A stretch of DNA of 24,000 nt from Candidatus Aenigmatarchaeota archaeon (GTDB taxonomy: Archaea; Aenigmatarchaeota; Aenigmatarchaeia; Aenigmatarchaeales; JACQIB01): NCBI GenBank assembly GCA_046760225.1, contig JBHIDR010000002.1, positions 2,176 to 26,175 on the forward strand, written 5' to 3'. Under the pieces are notes generated by a model. The model was given only the letters and a program-made list of their open reading frames with translations. It had not been told where the DNA came from and made no database searches. Below are positions 16,158-22,223 of this stretch, in pieces (within the stretch, counting starts at the first letter, position 1; each line of letters begins with the position of its first letter). Made by a program: the position numbers and the translations under genes.

Positions 16158-17214
16158 GGTTGTCGGTATAGGAAAGGGAATAATAAGTGATGTACGTAAA
16201 GGAATGAATCCGAAACTTGATGTTCCCATAAGGGCACTGAGCAATGTGATATTTGATGCCAAGAAAAAGCTTCTGGTTATGGGTGACAAGACATCAAGCA
16301 GGTTCTTCTTCAATGTCGCACATGTAAGGAAGTTTGTACAGACCATGGAGGTCGCAGCAACAGCAAAAGAACTTCTTGATGCAAAGAAGCACATCAGCCT
16401 GAGGCAGGCATTTTATAAAATGAGGAGGACAATACCTGGAACCAATATCGACATTGTTGATGAGCAGAAGGAATCAAATGATGCAGTGGAAGACCTTGAG
16501 CTGCTCACAGGCCTTTCCAGGGAACAGCTTCACATCAATGCCAACAAGAACGGCGCTGCAGCAGGAAAGATTGTAATTAAGGACAAGGGAGACCTGATAA
16601 ACTGGTCAAAGCTTGGAAGCGGTGGATGGGCAATCCCGTCCAATACAGAGGACATAGAGTTCAAAAAAGTAGATGCAAAATTTATCATCTATATGGAAAA
16701 AATGGCCATGTGGGAAAGGCTGCATGAAGACAGGGTATGGGACAAGATGAACTGTGTGATAATCGCTTCACAGGGACAGGCAACCAGAGGCATCCGCAGG
16801 CTGCTGCAGAGGATGAACAAGGAGCTAAAGCTTCCTGTTTATGTGTTAGTCGACAATGATAGTTGGGGGGTATATATTTATTCTGTTTTGAAATTCGGTT
16901 CAATCTCTCTTGCATATGCTTCTGATAAACTAGCAATACCAAGTGCAAAGTTAATTGGTCTTACTTGTGATGATATTATAAAATACAATCTTAAAAAACA
17001 TATAATTAAGTTCAAAGATGTCGATAAAAAAAGATTGGAACAAATAGGAAAATATGACTGGTTTAAAGACAATAAAGCATGGCAAAGACAGTTTAAGATG
17101 ATGAAACAACAAGGCGGAAAGGTAGAATTGGATGCCCTTGTTGCAAAGGGAGTTAGTTTTATATCAGATGTTTACCTTCCAGAAAAAATAAAGAAGAGAG
17201 ATTTTTTGGATTAG
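16114..17214 (+). CDS. top6A: DNA topoisomerase VI subunit A (Spo11 family)
   Basis: SLRQAFY (catalytic Tyr region), Toprim VLVDNDSWG and a C-terminal VELDALVAKG..YLPEKI. It overlaps the top6B end by 44 nt. From about 16855 the codon composition drops to about 30-35% GC. Confidence 0.9.
   Translation: MKRSKKKKEKKPKDKVVGIGKGIISDVRKGMNPKLDVPIRALSNVIFDAKKKLLVMGDKTSSRFFFNVAHVRKFVQTMEVAATAKELLDAKKHISLRQAFYKMRRTIPGTNIDIVDEQKESNDAVEDLELLTGLSREQLHINANKNGAAAGKIVIKDKGDLINWSKLGSGGWAIPSNTEDIEFKKVDAKFIIYMEKMAMWERLHEDRVWDKMNCVIIASQGQATRGIRRLLQRMNKELKLPVYVLVDNDSWGVYIYSVLKFGSISLAYASDKLAIPSAKLIGLTCDDIIKYNLKKHIIKFKDVDKKRLEQIGKYDWFKDNKAWQRQFKMMKQQGGKVELDALVAKGVSFISDVYLPEKIKKRDFLD
17146..17214 (+). repeat. top6A C-terminal tail, copy A (AT-rich, in the expressed gene)
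   Basis: KGVSFISDVYLPEKIKKRDFLD-stop is homologous at protein and DNA level to 18431-18490. Confidence 0.7.
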
Positions 17215-17222
17215 AATTTTCT

Positions 17223-17329
17223 GATTTCGCTTGTTCCACCTCGCAAATGAATTCGGAACCTGAACCCCAATCCTAGCAGAGGGTTCAGAACCCTCACAAA
17301 TCCAAGCGAGGTGATAAATGTGCGAAATC
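17223..17329 (+). other. 107-nt nested-helix RNA element between top6A and the homing endonuclease gene
   Basis: Three perfect 8-bp helices: GATTTCGC 17223-17230 / GCGAAATC 17322-17329; CACCTCGC 17237-17244 / GCGAGGTG 17306-17313; CTGAACCC 17260-17267 / GGGTTCAG 17281-17288. An alternative local hairpin is GAGGG 17279-17283 / CCCTC 17291-17295. The second helix sequesters an SD-like GAGGTGAT. Confidence 0.45.
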
Positions 17330-17370
17330 AATTAGAAAATTTAAATAAAAATAACTCAAATATTTATTGT

Positions 17371-18490
17371 ATGAAAATAATAACTAAGAGCTTTATTCCA
17401 ACATCTATTGATAAAAGAGTGTTCTTTTTTGAGGAGCTAAAGGATAAAATCAAAGTTTTTTTCTAAAAGAACTGGAAGCGGAAGTAACCCCAAACCATTT
17501 ATACTTCCTAAAGAAATTGAAATTGATGAGGTTTTCACTGAAGCTGTTGGTTTATATGTTGGTGATGGAAAATTAACAAAAAATGATTTAACACATGCAG
17601 GATTTGTAAATAAAGACAAGGATATTATAAAGTTCATGTTTCAATTTTTTAGAAATGTAATGAATGTACCTATAGAAAGAATGTGTATAACAATAGGATA
17701 TAAAAATGAAGACGAAGAGAAAATAAGAGAGAAATGGTCAAAAATACTTGATATTAATGAAGCAAAATTCAGATTTCAAAAATCAAATAGACATAAATTT
17801 GAAACGGTAGATGTTCAGATTAACAGTTTCGTTTTTAGAGTAATTTTTCAGAACATCCTTGAACATTCCCTACAAGTAATAAAAAGAAATAAAAAGTTAA
17901 GAAGAGGGTTTCTAAGGGGTTACTTTGCTGCTGAGGGTACAATTGGTTTTAAAGAAAAAGATAATTGCATTGAATATATAGGCTTTTCTTATAATCCTTT
18001 GGGTGAAGGTTGGTTAAGAAATTTTTGCATAGATTGTCTTAGAATCGAAGGAATAAAAGCAAAATACAAAGAAAGAGATGGAAACAGGGCAGAAATTATA
18101 ATTAATAAATGGAAAAATTATTCGAAATTATGGGAAATTAGAATTTTTGACAGATGTGAAAGAAAAAAACAGAAGTTCACAAAAATACTTAACTCAAGAG
18201 AATTTTATTGTAAACTTAATGATGAATTTAGACTTGAGTTTTTTGATTCAATAAACCTGTATCAAAGGGATATTGCAAAAATAATAAATTCATGGCAAGG
18301 AAATGTATGCAAAACTATACAAGGAAAACATTTAATGACAATAAACCAAATAAAAAGGCTTATTCCGTATTCAAAATTCTCAAAGGAGGATATAAATAAA
18401 AATATAGAAGGTGTAAGAATAGGTAATATGAGGGGGTTTGTCTCTGACAAGTATCTTCCTGAGAAAAATAAGGAAGAAGGACTGGATTGA
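17371..18490 (+). CDS. double-motif LAGLIDADG homing endonuclease, frameshifted at a T7 run (17456-17462); its last ~20 codons are the relic top6A tail
   Basis: Motif 1 is AVGLYVGDGKL (17543-17575) and motif 2 is FLRGYFAAEGT (17909-17941), about 124 aa apart. The frame-1 part MKIITKSFIPTSIDKRVFFFEELKDKIKVFF stops at 17464-17466. The frame-2 part is open from 17441, and removing one T joins them. The track ORF is 17636..18490. Confidence 0.75.
18431..18490 (+). repeat. top6A C-terminal tail, copy B (GC-richer, presumed native remnant fused to the endonuclease ORF)
   Basis: RGFVSDKYLPEKNKEEGLD-stop. Its stop abuts the convergent downstream gene (18490/18491), as native gene ends do elsewhere in this window. 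Confidence 0.65.
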
Positions 18491-18871
18491 TTAATGTATA
18501 ACGCGCTTGATTGCTTCTTTAATCATTTCTTTAGGAGGATAGGGATATTGCTTTCCTTTGAAGAAATAGGTTCGGCATCCGCACATGCATTCCTGTTTTA
18601 CAAATTCAGTTGTCCCCTTTGTTTGTTCAGCAAGCTCTTCGCATGACATACATCTTCCTTTGCTAACTTCTTCCTGGATATCTTTTCCATTGATTGTAAC
18701 AGAAGGCGAGCCTACAAAATTGTACTTTTTTGCCCTTTCATCAGAATCAATCAATGTTTCCTCTACTTCAGCCTTAACTCCAAGTTCCTTCAAACTTTCT
18801 TTAACCAGCCCTTTGGTCTTGACACAATGAGGGCAATTGAGTATATACAGTATCTGTATTTTCATAACCAT
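18491..18871 (-). CDS. thioredoxin-fold protein (CPHC active site) with a Cys-rich C-terminal extension
   Basis: ILYILNCPHCVKTK ... VGSPSVTING (cis-Pro region), then CMSC and CMCGC. Confidence 0.7.
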   Translation of the reverse strand: MVMKIQILYILNCPHCVKTKGLVKESLKELGVKAEVEETLIDSDERAKKYNFVGSPSVTINGKDIQEEVSKGRCMSCEELAEQTKGTTEFVKQECMCGCRTYFFKGKQYPYPPKEMIKEAIKRVIH

Positions 18872-18911
18872 AATTCAGCGCAAGCACTTAAATAACTAAG
18901 CCAGGCAAAAC

Positions 18912-18920
18912 AATTTAAAC
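18912..18920 (+). promoter_or_regulatory. TATA-like box upstream of the structured RNA candidate
   Basis: AATTTAAAC is centred about 26-29 nt upstream of the GGGG at 18945. Confidence 0.3.
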
Positions 18921-18943
18921 GCTTAGATTTAATCAGATTAGTA

Positions 18944-19182
18944 TGGGGCTGGCCGTATAGGCTGGGGCAGTAATCCTTTTGGAGGACTGCATGCTCAGCC
19001 CGGGAGAGCGCTACATCCGATTGGAGGCGAACCTGAAGACTCGGATGAGCGGCAAGGTAGACACCGGCACTTTTGTGTTGATGGCTCATTTGTCGCGTGC
19101 GTGCATCAGGTACCTCTGGTGTGCCGCGAATTCAAATGGGAGTTAGGTCTCCTATCTTCCTGAAGCTCACGCCTGCCCCACC
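18944..19182 (+). ncRNA. GC-rich structured RNA candidate of unknown class (strand uncertain)
   Basis: A block of about 240 nt, much GC-richer than its flanks, lies in a 548-nt gap with no convincing ORF. Terminal pairing is TGGGGC-T-GGC 18944-18953 with GCC-T-GCCCCA 19171-19180. Hairpins are 18967-18990 (GCAGT..ACTGC), 19014-19047 (CATCCGA / TCGGATG, 7 bp), 19065-19126 (CGGCAC / GTGCCG) and 19139-19152. Confidence 0.5.
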
Positions 19183-19236
19183 AAATTTCTTCGTCGAACA
19201 GATGAAGTCTTTGTACATTGATAGGAGGTGGAGCAA

Positions 19237-19395
19237 ATGCACATAAACTATACAAACAAGCCAGAAGGCTGGAAAATGAAAGAATGGGGAAAGATATACG
19301 TAGACAAACCAGGACATTACGAATTTGATGCACCGTCAAACAGATGGATATATAAGGGTGATAAAAATGAAGGAGAAGATAAGCGTATTCTTTAA
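19237..19395 (+). CDS. small hypothetical protein (52 aa)
   Basis: Hand translation gives MHINYTNKPEGWKMKEWGKIYVDKPGHYEFDAPSNRWIYKGDKNEGEDKRIL. A strong SD AGGAGGTGG lies 5 nt upstream. The ORF is below the track length cut-off. Confidence 0.45.
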   Translation: MHINYTNKPEGWKMKEWGKIYVDKPGHYEFDAPSNRWIYKGDKNEGEDKRIL

Positions 19396-19419
19396 ATCTT
19401 TGGAGGACAATCATATTGC

Positions 19420-19995
19420 ATGAAAATAGGCATCATAGGGACATTCAATACAGGAAAGACGTCTCTTTGCCATTCCCTTGTGGGTGCACTGAAGGAGAAG
19501 GGGGTGAGGGCCGAGTTTGTTCCAGAATCAGTAAGGAACTGCCCAATGCCTGCTGGCACAGAGGGCAACAGCACACTGGATTCCCAGATGTGGATAATAG
19601 CAAAGCAGGTAGCAAATGAGATGGAGGCTGAGCACAACAATGATGTCATTGTATGCGACAGTAATATAGTGAACATCTATGCATACTTTCTTTCAATTCT
19701 CAAGAACACACCTAACCCCAAAGAGGAGTTTGTCAGCATTGCAAAATCAGTGCTTGAAGAGTGGCACAAGACATATGACTTCCTCTTCAAGCTCACAATA
19801 CCAAAGGAGAAGCAGATGATGATAACAAATGACGGCTTCAGGTCAGTGAACCTGAAATGGCAGAAGGAGATTGATGTATTAATTGACCAGATCATCAGTT
19901 CTCTGGGTATAAAGGTATATGAAATACCGCTTGATTCTAATCTGGAGAGGGTAAGAAAAATAATGAGAATAATAGAGGAGAATAAGCCTTTTTAA
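19420..19995 (+). CDS. AAA_28-like P-loop NTPase
   Basis: Walker A GTFNTGKTS, Walker B-like VIVCDS and a GGAGG SD upstream. Confidence 0.65.
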   Translation: MKIGIIGTFNTGKTSLCHSLVGALKEKGVRAEFVPESVRNCPMPAGTEGNSTLDSQMWIIAKQVANEMEAEHNNDVIVCDSNIVNIYAYFLSILKNTPNPKEEFVSIAKSVLEEWHKTYDFLFKLTIPKEKQMMITNDGFRSVNLKWQKEIDVLIDQIISSLGIKVYEIPLDSNLERVRKIMRIIEENKPF

Positions 19996-20017
19996 CATTA
20001 GGAACCAAAATATTATT

Positions 20018-20569
20018 ATGCTCATCAGGATAATACCTGTGGGTAATCCTCCACAGAAGATTCTTGAAACAATAAAGGCATCACTCCCGGACATATTCAA
20101 TTCTGAAGTCAGGATGATGCCAGCGCTTGATGTGCCGCAGGACTCGTACAACCACTGGAGAAAGCAGTACAATGCTGAGAAGATCATAGATATTCTTTCA
20201 AAGGAAAAGGCTGCAAAGTTCATTGACAGGAGCATTCCTTCCCTCTTCATAATAGACCAGGACATCTACTATGACGGCCTTAACTTTGTGTTTGGCGTGG
20301 AGGATCCCATACACAGTTCTGCAATAATATCATTGACAAGGCTGAAGCCGGAGTTCTATGGGAAGGGCGTGAACCTGTTGGTCCTATCAGACAGGGCAGT
20401 AAAGGAAGCTGTGCATGAGATAGGCCACCATCTTGGTTTGGGGCATTGCAGGCATCCGTTCTGTGTTATGGCATTCTCGCCGAGTGTTGAGGATGTTGAC
20501 AATAAGCAAAGGTATTTCTGCAGGGACTGTAAAGTCAGGGCTGCAACAAGAGGAATCAGCCTTGAGTAA
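20018..20569 (+). CDS. amzA: archaemetzincin (zinc metallopeptidase)
   Basis: HEIGHHLGLGHC..PFCVM plus C-terminal CRDC, the archaemetzincin signature. Confidence 0.9.
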   Translation: MLIRIIPVGNPPQKILETIKASLPDIFNSEVRMMPALDVPQDSYNHWRKQYNAEKIIDILSKEKAAKFIDRSIPSLFIIDQDIYYDGLNFVFGVEDPIHSSAIISLTRLKPEFYGKGVNLLVLSDRAVKEAVHEIGHHLGLGHCRHPFCVMAFSPSVEDVDNKQRYFCRDCKVRAATRGISLE

Positions 20570-20614
20570 TTCTTATTTATAAAGTCCTAGGTTGATTTTA
20601 ATTAGAGTGGTCCT

Positions 20615-21106
20615 ATGGAAGCTGAAGTCAAGGAAGACAAGGTTATTGTAGAGGAAGGGGAAGAGCTGTATGAGCAGGGATGGTATGGCAATCTTGAGGG
20701 AAAGAAGCTGATACTTGACCTGGTCGAGGCAGTGCTGCTCATGGAAAGGGCAAAGATAGAGCTCAAGGACATGGACTTCAAGGAGTTCTTCCACTACTGC
20801 TCCAAGATTGACCCCAGATTCACAGCCAGATATGCTGTTTACAGGGACCTCAGGGATAGGGGGCTTCCTGTGAGAACAGGTTTCAAGGGAAGTGATTTCA
20901 GGGTTTATGAAAGGGGGGCAAAGCCGAAAAAGCAAGGGAAGGTCAAGTGGATAGTTTTTGCAGAAGCAGAGGACTATCCCTGTGAAATGGAAAAGCTCGG
21001 AAAGGCAATAAAGCTGGGAAAGAACATAAGGGCTGTTGCACTCTGGGCTATTGTGGATAATGATTTAGATGTGACATATTATATAATTAATTCGATTTCA
21101 CCGTGA
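20615..21106 (+). CDS. endA: tRNA-splicing endonuclease paralog lacking the catalytic His (structural-type subunit)
   Basis: RYAVYRDLRDRGLPVRTGFKGSDFRVYERG ... WAIVDNDLDVTYY matches the EndA C-terminal domain. The loop after YERG reads AKPKKQGKVKW, with Gly where the catalytic His is expected. Confidence 0.8.
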   Translation: MEAEVKEDKVIVEEGEELYEQGWYGNLEGKKLILDLVEAVLLMERAKIELKDMDFKEFFHYCSKIDPRFTARYAVYRDLRDRGLPVRTGFKGSDFRVYERGAKPKKQGKVKWIVFAEAEDYPCEMEKLGKAIKLGKNIRAVALWAIVDNDLDVTYYIINSISP

Positions 21107-21672
21107 TTGATATGAGTGTTATAGAGACTATCAAAAAAAGAAGGAGTATAAGAAAATTCAAAAGGAAAGAGGTGCCTGAATATATTATAAAGAAAATCTT
21201 GAACGCTGCAAGGCTTGCTCCTTCAGGTAACAATGCCCAGCCTTCAAACTATATCATAATCAAGGATAAGAAAACAAAGGAAATGCTAAAGAAAAACAAG
21301 ATATTTGTGCAAAATTTGGTGTATGATGTCCCATTGATAATAGCATGCTGTGCGAATCCCGATGCTTATCCCAAGACCAAATTTATTGAAGGTGTTGATG
21401 ACCCTAATGTTGCAAGGGCTTTAAGAGACCTTTCAATTGCCTCTTCATATCTTGTATTAGCAGCAACAGAACTGGGTCTTGGTTGTTGTTATATAGGATG
21501 GATGAACAAGAAAAAGGCGAAGAGAGTGTTGGGAATACCTAAGAATTTCATCTTTCCTTATGTCATAATATGTGGCTACCCCAATGAAAAAAGGAAAAGG
21601 AGCAAAAAGAAGTCTCTTAAAGAAATACTACATCATGAGAAGTGGTGGTATGATAAAGGCGCAACTTGCTGA
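21103..21672 (+). CDS. nitroreductase-family protein
   Basis: RRSIRKF..., ARLAPSGNNAQP and the typical FMN-binding pattern. The start is GTG 21103 (overlapping the upstream stop) or ATG 21112. Confidence 0.85.
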   Translation: MIDMSVIETIKKRRSIRKFKRKEVPEYIIKKILNAARLAPSGNNAQPSNYIIIKDKKTKEMLKKNKIFVQNLVYDVPLIIACCANPDAYPKTKFIEGVDDPNVARALRDLSIASSYLVLAATELGLGCCYIGWMNKKKAKRVLGIPKNFIFPYVIICGYPNEKRKRSKKKSLKEILHHEKWWYDKGATC

Positions 21673-22180
21673 GGACAGGGTGATTGTATGGGAAAAGAAG
21701 GCAGCTGAGAAGCTGTACGGTGAAGGCACTTTCGGGAAGATGAGAAACGAGAAGCTTGAGCTTGCGCTCATAGAGGCAGCCTATCTGGTTGATAAGGGAA
21801 AGATAAAGATTGTTGAAGATAGAAAGAAGATTGACAAGGAAAGGTTCTTTGATTATTGCAAAAAGCTTGACAAGAGGTTCGATCACAGGTATGCTGTTTA
21901 CAAGGACCTCAGGGAAAGGGAACTTGCTGTCAGAACAGGCTTCAAGTTCGGCTGTGATTTCAGGGTATATGCAAAGGGAGTCAGGCCATTGAAGAGGGGT
22001 CCAAAAACAGCACGGGAGCACACAAAATGGGTTGTTTTCGCAGTGCCTGAGAAATATGTTTTCAGCTTTCCAGAGCTGTCCAGGGCAGTGAGGCTTGCGC
22101 ACAACATAAGGGCAAATATGTTATGGGCAATTGTGGGAAAGAAGATAAAATATGTTCAGGTTCAGTTTTTTAAACCTTAG
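21650..22180 (+). CDS. endA: tRNA-splicing endonuclease, catalytic-type subunit
   Basis: RYAVYKDLRERELAVRTGFKFGCDFRVYAKG....REHTKWVVF....RLAHNIRANMLWAIV, with the Tyr and His of the triad present. The start was chosen at ATG 21650 (GGTGGT upstream). The track ORF from 21572 overlaps the nitroreductase gene. Confidence 0.85.
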   Translation: MIKAQLAEDRVIVWEKKAAEKLYGEGTFGKMRNEKLELALIEAAYLVDKGKIKIVEDRKKIDKERFFDYCKKLDKRFDHRYAVYKDLRERELAVRTGFKFGCDFRVYAKGVRPLKRGPKTAREHTKWVVFAVPEKYVFSFPELSRAVRLAHNIRANMLWAIVGKKIKYVQVQFFKP

Positions 22181-22223
22181 AAACTATAAATAACTGAGCA
22201 GAAAATATCATAGGGGCGTTAAG

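Larger units (their letters stand above)
16855..18430 (+). mobile_element. homing-endonuclease cassette: AT-rich replacement 3' part of top6A + structured spacer + LAGLIDADG gene
   Basis: GC falls from about 53% (16741-16800) to 35%, 30% and 23% (16861-16920, 16921-16980, 17641-17700) by hand count. The cassette is bounded on the right by the GC-richer duplicate of the top6A tail. The left boundary is approximate. Confidence 0.6.

Noticed and set aside
17223-17329. A tRNA or tRNA-like gene. GAGGG-UUCAGAA-CCCUC looks like a T-arm or an anticodon arm (CAG on plus, CUG on minus).
   Set aside because: No cloverleaf can be completed on either strand. There is no D-arm, no second arm with a GTTC-type loop, and only 5 of 7 acceptor pairs in the best register. 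The T-loop reading has G at the invariant A58 position.
17215-18430. The LAGLIDADG ORF as an intein, or as a spliced (BHB or group I) intron of top6A.
   Set aside because: - It is in a different frame from top6A and separated from it by a stop codon and 156 nt.
- There are no intein N- or C-terminal blocks (no Cys/Ser start, no HN-C/S/T end).
- top6A is already complete before it.
- The trial junctions I checked (17151 or 17157 with 18437) give no 4-bp central helix.
18944-19182. Assignment of the structured RNA to SRP RNA, RNase P RNA or 5S rRNA.
   Set aside because: There are partial resemblances only (CAGCCCGGGAGAGCG and GAGCGGCAAGGUAGA to helix-8-like strings; CGAAUUCAAAUGGGAGUUAGG to a 5S loop region). 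The invariant GGAA/AGCA, GAGGAAAGUCC/ACAGAA..GGCUUA and 5S helix II pairings are absent. It is left unclassified.
20573-22107. Minus-strand ORFs antisense to the endA paralogs (20573..20935, 21617..22102, 21898..22107).
   Set aside because: They fully overlap sense genes with strong family signatures, and they have no motifs or translation signals.
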